Below are positions 39,908 through 48,706 of a DNA stretch of 64,000 nucleotides, one piece after another. This stretch comes from Euryarchaeota archaeon UBA62 (GTDB lineage: Archaea > Thermoplasmatota > Poseidoniia > Poseidoniales > Thalassarchaeaceae). A program made the position numbers and the translations under genes. The DNA lies in contig DAPJ01000022.1 in the NCBI GenBank assembly GCA_002502095.1, forward strand, positions 1,149 to 65,148. The letters are read 5' to 3'. Numbering within the stretch: position 1 is the stretch's first letter; each line of letters starts with the position of its first letter. Under the pieces are notes generated by a model. The model ran no database searches. It was not told the origin of the DNA and saw only the letters and a program-made list of their open reading frames with translations.

Positions 39908-42187
39908 ATGATGTTCGTGCTACGTTCTGATTACGGTACCGCAGGAGACCAAGAGCAAGCTATTGACTCACTAATTGAACAGGTACAATCGAATCAGGAG
40001 AGATGTGTCCTCATGGGCGTAACAGGGTCGGGAAAGACCTTCGCAATGGCGAATATCATTCAAAGACTAGGAGTTCCAACCTTGATTCTCTCGCACAACA
40101 AGACTCTAGCAAGACAGTTATGGCAAGAGATGAGTGAGTTATTTCCAGAGAATGCGGTTGAGTATTTCGTCAGTTATTACGACTACTACCAGCCTGAAGC
40201 GTATATCCCTGGACGTGACCTGTATATCGATAAAGAGTTACAGATGAACGAGAGGATAGAACAGGAAAGATTCTCCACCGTGGCATCACTAGTCTCTAGG
40301 CCGGATGTAATCACGATAGGGACTGTATCAGCCATATATGGCCTAAACCCTCCTGAGGTATTCCAACAAAATCACTTGAGGTTGGAAATAGGACAGGAGG
40401 CTGATCCACAGGATATAGTTCGTGACCTAGTTGGCCTCCAATATCGCAGAGTAACTGGTGAAATAACAAGAGGAGATATCAGACTCAGAGGAGAGGTATT
40501 GGATGTCTGGATGCCAAGCAGGGATGATCCGATTAGGATTAGGTTTGGATGGCAGGGGATTGAGAGAATACAGGTATGTGAAGCTGTATCTTGGGAGGTA
40601 CTAGATGAGTTTGAGGAGGCCTGGATACATCCTAGAGAGTTCTACATGACTAGTGAAGAGAGCTTCAACCAAGCTCTGGAAGATATAGAGCATGAGCTTG
40701 ACGAAAGAATAGACTGGTTCGAGGGTCAAGGAATGGATATCGAGGCGCACCGTCTTGAGGGTAGGACAAAGTTTGATTTGGAGATGTTGAATGAAATTGG
40801 TTCATGTAAGGGAGTTGAGAATTACTCCAGACATTTTGATAGGAGGAAGAAAGGAGAGCGCTCTTATTGTCTCTTGGATTTCTTCTCTAACAACGCAGAG
40901 AAGTTTCACGGTGATGCTAACAGATATCTGGTAATTATGGATGAGAGCCATGTTACGCTTCCTCAGGTGGGGGGGATGTATGGCGGTGATTTCTCCAGGA
41001 AGAAGAACCTCGTAGATCATGGATTCAGGCTTCCTTCTGCATATGACAACAGGCCACTCAGAATCGATGAGTTTCAGGAGCTGGTTCCTCAGATGTTGTA
41101 TGTCAGTGCAACTCCTGGAGAAAGAGAGCTACGCCATCTAGCTGAGGTGACTAATCAAAGAGTACCTGAGGAGTTGTTACATGTTGGAGGCGGGGGCGGG
41201 TCAAAGGTGGCTGAGTTGAAGAAGAGATCCGGATCATCTACCATGGAAGGAACATTATCTAGAATCAAAGGAGTAGTGAGGATGGAGATTCGTCCCACAG
41301 GATTGCTAGACCCAGAGATAGTCGTCAAGCCAACCAAGGGCCAAGTTCAACATCTGATGTCTGAAATCAATGCGAGGATCGAAAAGAATGAGAGAGTGCT
41401 AGTCACAGTGATGACCATTAAATTCGCAGAAGAGGTTGCAGAATACCTCGATAGGAATGGAATAAAAGCACACTACCTACATTCTGAAATAGACACATTA
41501 GAGAGAACTGAGATAATCAAAGCACTCAGACTGGGGCACATCGATGTTATTGTCGGAATAAATCTACTTCGAGAAGGACTAGATATCCCTGAAGTCTCTT
41601 TAGTTGCCATATTTGACGCGGATAAACAGGGTTTCCTGAGGAACGAGAGGTCATTATTGCAGACGATTGGTAGAGCGTCCAGAAACCAGAATGGAGTGGT
41701 AATTCTGTATGCAGATTCTATTTCTCCTTCTATGGAAGCCGCTATGAGTCAGACTATCGCAAGAAGGGGTCGTCAAGACCTTCACAACCAGGAGAATGGT
41801 ATAGTGCCTCGAACAATCCAGAAAGCCCTACCGACCATGGGCCAGGAGGTTGGGGGCCTACTTGCTGGAACGGCTGGGAAAGGAGCCAAGGGAGGTAAGA
41901 GATTCATTGGAAAGTTCCAGAGTAAGAAGGGAGTGTCGGGTTTAGCACAGAAATTCTCGCTTGGAGCTGGAATGTGGAATACCTCAAGCTCTGTGCTTGA
42001 AAACGTAAGTCAGCCCGAGTTTGAGATAGATACAAACGAGTTCCCAGATAGTGTAGAGAGAGTTGAGAGTGAGAAGGTTGTCAGTAAACTAGAGAGAGAA
42101 ATGAGAGCAGCTGCAGAACGTCTTGACTTTGAGAAAGCTGCTCAGATACGTGATAGGATAATCCAACTCCGTAACCCATCTAATTGA
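39908..42187 (+). CDS. uvrB: Excinuclease ABC subunit B
   Basis: GDQEQAI, GVTGSGKTF, YFVSYYDYYQPEAYIP, DESHVT, RPTGLLDP, GINLLREGLDIPEV, QTIGRASRN and the C-terminal UVR motif FEKAAQIRDRI are present. Confidence 0.95.
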   Translation: MMFVLRSDYGTAGDQEQAIDSLIEQVQSNQERCVLMGVTGSGKTFAMANIIQRLGVPTLILSHNKTLARQLWQEMSELFPENAVEYFVSYYDYYQPEAYIPGRDLYIDKELQMNERIEQERFSTVASLVSRPDVITIGTVSAIYGLNPPEVFQQNHLRLEIGQEADPQDIVRDLVGLQYRRVTGEITRGDIRLRGEVLDVWMPSRDDPIRIRFGWQGIERIQVCEAVSWEVLDEFEEAWIHPREFYMTSEESFNQALEDIEHELDERIDWFEGQGMDIEAHRLEGRTKFDLEMLNEIGSCKGVENYSRHFDRRKKGERSYCLLDFFSNNAEKFHGDANRYLVIMDESHVTLPQVGGMYGGDFSRKKNLVDHGFRLPSAYDNRPLRIDEFQELVPQMLYVSATPGERELRHLAEVTNQRVPEELLHVGGGGGSKVAELKKRSGSSTMEGTLSRIKGVVRMEIRPTGLLDPEIVVKPTKGQVQHLMSEINARIEKNERVLVTVMTIKFAEEVAEYLDRNGIKAHYLHSEIDTLERTEIIKALRLGHIDVIVGINLLREGLDIPEVSLVAIFDADKQGFLRNERSLLQTIGRASRNQNGVVILYADSISPSMEAAMSQTIARRGRQDLHNQENGIVPRTIQKALPTMGQEVGGLLAGTAGKGAKGGKRFIGKFQSKKGVSGLAQKFSLGAGMWNTSSSVLENVSQPEFEIDTNEFPDSVERVESEKVVSKLEREMRAAAERLDFEKAAQIRDRIIQLRNPSN

Positions 42188-42211
42188 AGGCACGTTAGTA
42201 CTGCGGAAACT

Positions 42212-43195
42212 GTGAGCGGTTACTCGCGTGAAGACTTCGACCACCCTGTCAAGGACTATGATTTCTCTGCGATGGGAGATGTTTCATCCTTGATTGACCA
42301 GATGTCCGAGGCAGGTGGTTTTACAGCTACGAAGCTCGCCTTTGCTAGGGATATCCTTAGAGATTCAATTTCTAAGGTAGGCCCAGACGGAGTCCTAAAC
42401 TGGATTTCATTTCCAGCTTGCCTCTGTGCAACTGGTACACGTGGCTTCTTTCTAGAAGCACTGAAGAGACGTTCGTACAATGTTGTAGTGACAACGTGTG
42501 GAACATTAGACCACGATATCGCGAGGACATTCAGAGATTACTTCCACGGTGATTTCAGTCTTGATGATATAGCTCTTGGGGAACAGGGGCTAAACAGACT
42601 TGGGAACGTCGTAGTCCCGAACGAATGCTATGGGGAGATTCTGGAGGATATTGTACTTCCCTGGCTTTCTGAGATCGAAGAAGAGCGAATGACGTTGAAT
42701 CCTGAAAACCCATGGTTGGGTTTTGGTAGTGTAGAGCTTTGCTGGGCCTTGGGCGATAGAATTCAAGACGAGTCTTCGTTACTGTATTGGATTGCTAAGA
42801 ATAGAATTCCAGTTGTCATTCCCGGAATCACAGATGGCTCCATAGGAGCACAAATATTCATGCATAGGCAGAAATCTCCTAATTTTATGATAGATGTCCT
42901 TGCTGATGAACAGATACTGTCTGACCTTACTTGGACCGCTGAGGAAAGCCATGCTCTGATGGTAGGAGGGGGGATTTCGAAGCATCATGTAATTTGGTGG
43001 AACCAGTACAGGGGTGGCCTGGACTCGGCTGTTTCTATTACGACAGCGCCTGAATATGACGGGTCACTTTCCGGAGCGAGGCTACGAGAGGCTATTTCAT
43101 GGGGTAAAATACGTCCTGAGGCTTCCCAAGTGGTCGTTGAAGGCGATGCAAGCGTATTATTGCCACTTCTCGGCGGTGATTTGTTCTCTCCATAG
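42212..43195 (+). CDS. dys: Deoxyhypusine synthase
   Basis: VVVTTCGTLDHDI, GGGISKHHV and TTAPEYDGSLSGARLREAISWGKI are present. Confidence 0.9.
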   Translation: MSGYSREDFDHPVKDYDFSAMGDVSSLIDQMSEAGGFTATKLAFARDILRDSISKVGPDGVLNWISFPACLCATGTRGFFLEALKRRSYNVVVTTCGTLDHDIARTFRDYFHGDFSLDDIALGEQGLNRLGNVVVPNECYGEILEDIVLPWLSEIEEERMTLNPENPWLGFGSVELCWALGDRIQDESSLLYWIAKNRIPVVIPGITDGSIGAQIFMHRQKSPNFMIDVLADEQILSDLTWTAEESHALMVGGGISKHHVIWWNQYRGGLDSAVSITTAPEYDGSLSGARLREAISWGKIRPEASQVVVEGDASVLLPLLGGDLFSP

Positions 43196-43258
43196 TACTA
43201 CAAAAAGTGATGTCTGACGTGAAAACGGCTAAGAACGGCCTAGCATGCGGCAATTGAT

Positions 43259-43435
43259 ATGTCCGTCGAGAAGATGATGCATGATATGATAGAAATGCTA
43301 ACAGATGCAATGGGTGATGCTGTAAAGCATGACAAGGGTAACAAGGCAGCTGGTACCCGTGTCAGGAAGGCAATGCAGGAAGCAAAGGCTTCTGCTCAGG
43401 CCATCCGTGTGCAAGTCCAGAACGACAAGAACTGA
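43259..43435 (+). CDS. 58-aa Hc1/histone-H1-like small protein (below the track cut-off)
   Basis: It encodes MSVEKMMHDMIEMLTDAMGDAVKHDKGNKAAGTRVRKAMQEAKASAQAIRVQVQNDKN. The KGNKAAGTRVRK core matches the N-terminal domain of chlamydial Hc1 and the ~60-aa bacterial proteins annotated as histone H1. Confidence 0.6.
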   Translation: MSVEKMMHDMIEMLTDAMGDAVKHDKGNKAAGTRVRKAMQEAKASAQAIRVQVQNDKN

Positions 43436-43443
43436 TTACAAGA

Positions 43444-44130
43444 TCACTCTTTCGCGTGGGCGAATATCTCCATTAGAGATACACGCATAGGAACTAGCGG
43501 ATGCCATCCCTCGGAACCACAGTCGATTAGTGAATTATGCAATAGGGATAGATCAGGTCTTTCTGTATGAACATTAGGTTCTTGTGAAATTGGACCGGGT
43601 ACAGAGGACAGGGACTCAACAGTATGAGAGTAATTCATCGAGTCTGAATACCTCCCCCAGAGCATACTCATCTCCTTAACAATAGACTCGGGACTCCAAG
43701 ATCTCCTTCCGGATATATTCAGATTACCTATTATTGAATTGCTCCTATCACTCATTATTATCGTGCATAGTGCATCACAAACATCTCTAACATGTACCCA
43801 ATGCCTGGGCATGATGTTTGATACTGTGTGAATATTGAGGTTGTCTTCACGTACCATTTCAGCCCAAATATGCAGATCTTTATCTCCCCAATGGCCAGAG
43901 TTTCCCCGAGGCGATAGAAGATCGTGAATTATGACCACTAGACCTGGATGACTGATCCTCTGATTTGGAGTCAGAATTACCATATTACCATCACCCTCCT
44001 GTCCAAAGTGGACTACGTACTCAGCATCTTCCGAAGAATCGACCAAAATCGCCCCAGCTCGAGATAGTCGATCTGCTAGTGACTGTGAAAAATCATCCTC
44101 ATCCCCGCCGAGATGAATTTTCTTGGACAT
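43444..44130 (-). CDS. Hypothetical protein, possibly a degenerate NAD-dependent epimerase/dehydratase-like fold
   Basis: WVHVRDVCDAL resembles the SDR-epimerase helix, but no GxxGxxG motif is present (IHLGGDEDDF). It lies 8 nt downstream of the aminotransferase gene. Confidence 0.3.
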   Translation of the reverse strand: MSKKIHLGGDEDDFSQSLADRLSRAGAILVDSSEDAEYVVHFGQEGDGNMVILTPNQRISHPGLVVIIHDLLSPRGNSGHWGDKDLHIWAEMVREDNLNIHTVSNIMPRHWVHVRDVCDALCTIIMSDRSNSIIGNLNISGRRSWSPESIVKEMSMLWGRYSDSMNYSHTVESLSSVPGPISQEPNVHTERPDLSLLHNSLIDCGSEGWHPLVPMRVSLMEIFAHAKE

Positions 44131-44138
44131 CTTACCAC

Positions 44139-45686
44139 TTAAGCTACTGTAGTTGCTTGTTGGAGGTTTTTGGCCTCTAAGAAGTGAATTATTGCTTTCT
44201 TGACAATCTGTAATATCATATCTATTTCTTCTGTGGTGATAGAAAAGTGAGGAGTGAATCGTAGGGCATTTAGCCCTCCATGAATGACTCCGAGGCCATT
44301 CTTCCTACACCACATCTCAACTTTGTCATGACCAACCACTGGGAAGAAGTCTGGATCCAATTCAGCGCAAACCAATAGTCCGGTACCTTGGACTGATAGA
44401 ATTGCCTCTGGAAACTCATTCATTAGCATCTCGAGACCCTCTACGAACTCTTTTCCCCGGTGTCGAATATTTTGACGTAGATCGGGCGTTATTCTATCTA
44501 GAACTGCTATTGCTGTTTCTAGGGCTCGGGGATTTGTAGTCATAGTGTTGCCATAGATTCCTGTGACATACAACTCTGCTACATCTGCTGTCATCCCAAC
44601 AACAGATAGTGGGAACTGTCCGGCATTAATTGCCTTGGACCAAGCTTCCATATCAGGAGCTTCGGAGTCTTGGAAGCCTTCGTAGTCAACTATACTGAGA
44701 CATCCCTGACCCCTGAGACCGGCTTGGACTGAATCAATGATTAGCATCGAACCATGTTCCTTAGTCAATTTTCTTGCCTCATCGTAGAAGTCCCTATCGA
44801 TACATAACCCCGGAGCACCTTCTCCTTGAACTGGCTCGATAGCAAGTAGCTCAATGAAAACACCATCCCTGTCCGCCTGATGAAATGCTTCCCTAAGTGC
44901 ATGGATATCATTTGCTGGGATCAGAGACAAATTATTCCTATTTTGAAAGGTATTCAGATTTCTGTCGTATCCATCCTTGCAGGAGTGTGAAATCTGCGCG
45001 GGCCTGTCTGTTCGTCCGTGGAATGCCCTTTCTATTGCGATCATCCTCGTGGGCTTTCCTTCGTGCTTACCTCCAGGTCCTGTCATCTTCAAGGCATTAA
45101 CGTCAGATATCCTCATTCCAACAGTCATAGATTCCGAACCGGAATTCATACAGATGAATCTATCAAACGGGCATTCCCCTCTAGTATGCCCTATTTCCTT
45201 CCTTAGCCTGTCAGCAAGTCTCTTCTGACTGAATGAAGCGGTCATTACATTTGCCATAACCCAGTTCTTTTGCATGGAAGAGATAACGTCATCTGGACCG
45301 TGTCCCATTCCAAGCATCCCATACCCCCCGTTATCATGGATTACAGCGCCATGTGATGTGATAATCCATGGACCCCTAGCTGAAATAGCAACATAGGGGT
45401 TAACAGTCGCGGCAGAGTAGAAGTTAACGAAGTCTGACTGAAGTGTGGAAATTAGTGTATCCTCATCTATAGATTGCATATCTAAGTCAGATTCAGAAGA
45501 TAGCGTGTCGAAAGATAGTTTGGCTTCATCAATAGCTACCTTGAGAGAAGGATCCGCATCGATAAAGGACAAGATGACATCATCCGGAAGACCGGTTGTA
45601 GAGCAACTACCAGTGTGGTTACGAATTGCATGTAGAATATCGAGACTCGCAGACATCGATTGTCCGAGGTAAAGGTTGCTCATCAA
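44139..45686 (-). CDS. Class-III (PLP) aminotransferase with a long N-terminal extension
   Basis: NSGSESM, FHGRT, EPVQGEGA, IIDSVQAGLRGQG and the Lys-bearing WSKAINAG are in the canonical order. Substrate unknown. Confidence 0.75.
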   Translation of the reverse strand: MMSNLYLGQSMSASLDILHAIRNHTGSCSTTGLPDDVILSFIDADPSLKVAIDEAKLSFDTLSSESDLDMQSIDEDTLISTLQSDFVNFYSAATVNPYVAISARGPWIITSHGAVIHDNGGYGMLGMGHGPDDVISSMQKNWVMANVMTASFSQKRLADRLRKEIGHTRGECPFDRFICMNSGSESMTVGMRISDVNALKMTGPGGKHEGKPTRMIAIERAFHGRTDRPAQISHSCKDGYDRNLNTFQNRNNLSLIPANDIHALREAFHQADRDGVFIELLAIEPVQGEGAPGLCIDRDFYDEARKLTKEHGSMLIIDSVQAGLRGQGCLSIVDYEGFQDSEAPDMEAWSKAINAGQFPLSVVGMTADVAELYVTGIYGNTMTTNPRALETAIAVLDRITPDLRQNIRHRGKEFVEGLEMLMNEFPEAILSVQGTGLLVCAELDPDFFPVVGHDKVEMWCRKNGLGVIHGGLNALRFTPHFSITTEEIDMILQIVKKAIIHFLEAKNLQQATTVA

Positions 45687-45748
45687 GGTTCTTGGTCAAC
45701 GCTCTGAACAGGTAGGGATTATCCTGGCTTCGAAGAGAAACAGAAATT

Positions 45749-45834
45749 CTGATAATCTATCGAAAAATTAAACACACTTTAAATTTTGAATAGGAAATTT
45801 ATGATATTAATGAAATTTTCAATTAGATTATCAG
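45749..45834. promoter_or_regulatory. AT-rich divergent promoter region with an 11-bp perfect inverted repeat CTGATAATCTA ... TAGATTATCAG
   Basis: The arms lie at 45749-45759 and 45824-45834. The TATA-like TTAATTATAG at 45837-45846 ends 33 nt upstream of the ATG at 45880. Confidence 0.3.
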
Positions 45835-45879
45835 TCTTAATTATAGCATAGTATAAGTGCTAATCCGGACTCTGGGGAT

Positions 45880-46527
45880 ATGAAGAGGAAGCGCGGGGGA
45901 TGCAACTCAGTTCCAATTGGTGAGAAAATGAATGACGAATACAGGATACAGGAATTACTTCAGAGAGACGTGTACGTAGGTGACAAGTTCGTAGGCGTGA
46001 TCACAGGGGAAAGATTTCACCCCCGGGATGAATGCGTGCAATCACTGAGGCTCCAGGTCGTACCAGGGATAGCTGAGGAATTCATGAGGAAACCTGCAGA
46101 AAGTGCTCCTCTCTCGAAGGAACTAGTGCACAGCATTAGGCCAGATGGTGCGATAAAACTCTCGAAATCGATGAGAGAGCTTCAGAGGAGATGGAGGAAT
46201 ACTGTGAGGATCTCTGAAGAGTTATTCGCACCTGACGAGCTCCTAGACAGGGCTGTACTTGACAATGATGGAATAGACATAGGCAACGTTGTTGGGATGG
46301 TCAAGATCAAGAGGACCTACAGAGGAGTGGTTGTTAATCCTCATTTCATGGTCAAAAGGAAACATGGACTTCCTGATACCCTGATAATTCCAGTTGGACA
46401 GCTAGCTCGGACTACCTCTAGATTAGATGAAGTCATTCTGAGGTGCACAGTGAAGCGCCTAACGACTCTTCCGAGCTTCTTGAAACTCAACGGGGACGAC
46501 GCTGAAGAGTTCGATGAGGCTGAGTAG
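45880..46527 (+). CDS. Hypothetical protein, possibly with tandem PRC-barrel domains
   Basis: RDVYVGDKFVGVITGE and RAVLDNDGIDIGNVVGMV resemble the PRC-barrel signature (V.d..G..iG.V.d). The call is weak. Confidence 0.35.
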   Translation: MKRKRGGCNSVPIGEKMNDEYRIQELLQRDVYVGDKFVGVITGERFHPRDECVQSLRLQVVPGIAEEFMRKPAESAPLSKELVHSIRPDGAIKLSKSMRELQRRWRNTVRISEELFAPDELLDRAVLDNDGIDIGNVVGMVKIKRTYRGVVVNPHFMVKRKHGLPDTLIIPVGQLARTTSRLDEVILRCTVKRLTTLPSFLKLNGDDAEEFDEAE

Positions 46528-46564
46528 GTTTCAAATCAGTATCCCATGTCGGACGGTTGCTCAA

Positions 46565-46642
46565 GGGCGTGTAGCTTAGTTTGGCTGGAGCACCCGGCTG
46601 ATAACCGGGAGGCCACAGGTTCAAATCCTGTCATGCCCACCA
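46565..46642 (+). tRNA. tRNA-Ile (anticodon GAU), genomically encoded CCA
   Basis: I folded the cloverleaf by hand. The acceptor stem is GGGCGTG/CATGCCC and the D stem is GCTT/GAGC. The anticodon stem CCCGG/CCGGG carries the loop CTGATAA. The T stem ACAGG/CCTGT carries the loop TTCAAAT. The discriminator is A, followed by CCA. Confidence 0.9.
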
Positions 46643-46700
46643 CAACAGTCCTAAATCAAGCGGTAGCGTCATGAAGGAGGCTCAGTTCGGCTTCCTGTAC

Positions 46701-47630
46701 ATGCCAGTGCTCAGCGGCTCCTCAGGCCGTGATTTGGCCATCTCTTTGTCCGAGATTCTAGGGATGAATTCTGTTGCAATCGAAAGTAGGAAATTTCCTG
46801 ATGGAGAAGGCTATGTCAGAGTACCGAGTGAGGCTTTTGATGAAATCAGATCAGAGCCTGTGATTCTAGTTTCCAATACATTCCCAGATTCAGGGATAAT
46901 GAGGACCATTTTGATGTTAGAGGCTATTAATGATATCAGGAAAGGTGATCTTGAGAACTTCAAAGGGGAGGGGGATCAGAATCTCGATTATGTTGGCCCA
47001 GGTGTTTTTCTCGCCATTCCATACTATGGTTATGCCAGACAAGATAAGAGATTCTCACCAGGGGAGACAGTTTCTGCAAGAGTAATCTCGAACATCTTAG
47101 GGAAAGTCTGTGATGGCATGGTGATACTCGACCTCCATGAGCCTAAAGTTCTGGAAGATTGTGATTTTCCGGTAAAATTCGTTAGTTCTATGCCAGAAAT
47201 TGCTGAGAGGCTCAAAGAGGAAGTTGATCCCGACTTCATCCTAAGCCCTGACAAGGGCGCGATAGATAGAGCAAGCGAGGTGGCGTCTATAGGAGGCTGG
47301 GAATTCAGTTACCTGGAGAAAACTAGGATTGACGCTCACACCATAGAGCATCAGGCGAAGGACCTTGACGTCAAGGGGAAGGTAGTAGCCATAGTTGATG
47401 ACATGATTAGTACTGGTGGGACAATATGCAGAGCTAGCGATGCTCTGAGGAGGCAGGGGGCCACATCAGTGTATGCGGCGTGCACTCATGGACTGTTCAC
47501 TGGAGGTGCGCTGTCGAAACTGGCAAGTCATGTAGATGGCGTATACACAACTGACTCGCTGAGGAATCCTCGTTCCGTGGTGAGTTCGGCTCCTGCTCTG
47601 GCGCGTGGATTGAGAGAATTGATGGGATGA
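46701..47630 (+). CDS. prs: Ribose-phosphate pyrophosphokinase
   Basis: IPYYGYARQDKRF and the PRPP loop VAIVDDMISTGGT are present. The track start at 46671 adds 10 residues. Confidence 0.9.
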   Translation: MPVLSGSSGRDLAISLSEILGMNSVAIESRKFPDGEGYVRVPSEAFDEIRSEPVILVSNTFPDSGIMRTILMLEAINDIRKGDLENFKGEGDQNLDYVGPGVFLAIPYYGYARQDKRFSPGETVSARVISNILGKVCDGMVILDLHEPKVLEDCDFPVKFVSSMPEIAERLKEEVDPDFILSPDKGAIDRASEVASIGGWEFSYLEKTRIDAHTIEHQAKDLDVKGKVVAIVDDMISTGGTICRASDALRRQGATSVYAACTHGLFTGGALSKLASHVDGVYTTDSLRNPRSVVSSAPALARGLRELMG

Positions 47631-47718
47631 ATGCTCACAATGAGAGGCGTTCCCAATACGTTGCGTTTATATCGGCCATGTCGTGCGCCGGCTTACCCAG
47701 CACGAGGAGATGTATCCA

Positions 47719-48099
47719 ATGAGTGTTCACATAGCGTTTGAGACCCCGAAAGACATACAAGAGCAAGTTTACGAACTTGTGAAAGCGATTGGCAAGGACG
47801 GAAGAGGCAAAATCAAGAAGGGTGCCAATGAGGTCACCAAGGCCGCTGAGAGAGGAATTGCATCGATGATCGTAATGGCAGAGAACGTAAACCCGGGCGA
47901 GCTACTGGCTCATGTCCCCATGATTTGCAAAGAGAAGGGTATACCATTCATCTACGTTGAAGATCAGGGATACCTAGCTGACTCAGCTGGAATGACTGCA
48001 GGAACCAGAACGGCGGCTGTAGCAGTTCTGGATGTAGACAAAGAAGCCCAGGACATATTCAATGAGGTCAAGGGTCACTACGAGACTCTAGCGAAGTAA
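47719..48099 (+). CDS. rpl7ae: 50S ribosomal protein L7Ae
   Basis: [51 protein letters not shown] is present. GAGGAG lies 9 nt upstream of the ATG at 47719. The track start is a GTG at 47683. Confidence 0.95.
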   Translation: MSVHIAFETPKDIQEQVYELVKAIGKDGRGKIKKGANEVTKAAERGIASMIVMAENVNPGELLAHVPMICKEKGIPFIYVEDQGYLADSAGMTAGTRTAAVAVLDVDKEAQDIFNEVKGHYETLAK

Positions 48100-48100
48100 A

Positions 48101-48334
48101 TTGGAGGCTGAAAAATTGGCTCAAGAATCATGGCCCGCAGAGGTGGTTGAAATTGTCGGTAGAACTGGCATGAGCGGAGAGGCCATACAGGTAAAGGTCA
48201 GAGTTGACGACTCAAACAATCCAAGGGATATCGGAAGAATCATTTCCAGAAATGTTTTGGGACCAGTTCGTGTTGGTGACATACTAATGCTCAGGGACAC
48301 TGGTAGAGAGGCTCGTCGCCTAGGTAATCGATGA
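48101..48334 (+). CDS. rps28e: 30S ribosomal protein S28e
   Basis: [24 protein letters not shown]...[30 protein letters not shown] is present. The start is TTG at 48101 or 48116 (GGAGG upstream of the latter). Confidence 0.9.
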   Translation: MEAEKLAQESWPAEVVEIVGRTGMSGEAIQVKVRVDDSNNPRDIGRIISRNVLGPVRVGDILMLRDTGREARRLGNR

Positions 48335-48343
48335 GGTGTGATT

Positions 48344-48535
48344 ATGCCAGAGACAAGAGTTTGTAGCTTCACCAGCGAGGAAATTGAGCCTGGTACTGGC
48401 CTGATGTACATCAAGAGAGATGGATCTGTAATGTGGTTCAAGGATAGTAAGGCTAGGAAGAACGCCCTCAAACTCAGGAGAAATCCAAGAAGACTCAAGT
48501 GGACTCAAAGATACGTGAAGGGTGGAATCAAGTAA
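48344..48535 (+). CDS. rpl24e: 50S ribosomal protein L24e
   Basis: RVCSFTSEEIEPGTGLMYIKRDGSVMWFKDSKARKN is present, and GAGGTG lies upstream of the ATG at 48344. L7Ae-S28e-L24e is a conserved archaeal gene order. Confidence 0.9.
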   Translation: MPETRVCSFTSEEIEPGTGLMYIKRDGSVMWFKDSKARKNALKLRRNPRRLKWTQRYVKGGIK

Positions 48536-48706
48536 TTCCTCCATATCCGTATTCTATCAAGGCTTATTGAGAATAAATCGGTATAGAATAAGTCAGTGCT
48601 ACGGAAGGGCCCTTCAATGGGGCTTGTTCACATTCTCGCAACGGCTATGCATCTAATAGTGATAGTTTGGATACTTTGGTGTATGAGACCGCCTAAGAAG
48701 CTGTTT

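Noticed and set aside
46565-46642. The tRNA-Ile as a possible integration hotspot for a mobile element
   Set aside because: No integrase, transposase, direct repeat of the tRNA 3' end, or compositional shift is visible on either side. The flanking genes are housekeeping genes (prs and ribosomal proteins).
48536-48706. A possible ncRNA or terminator hairpin (TATTCTAT ... ATAGAATA) between rpl24e and maeB
   Set aside because: The 8-bp A/T stem has a ~24-nt loop and is weak. There is no T-tract or conserved-looking structure. It probably just separates the convergent 3' ends.
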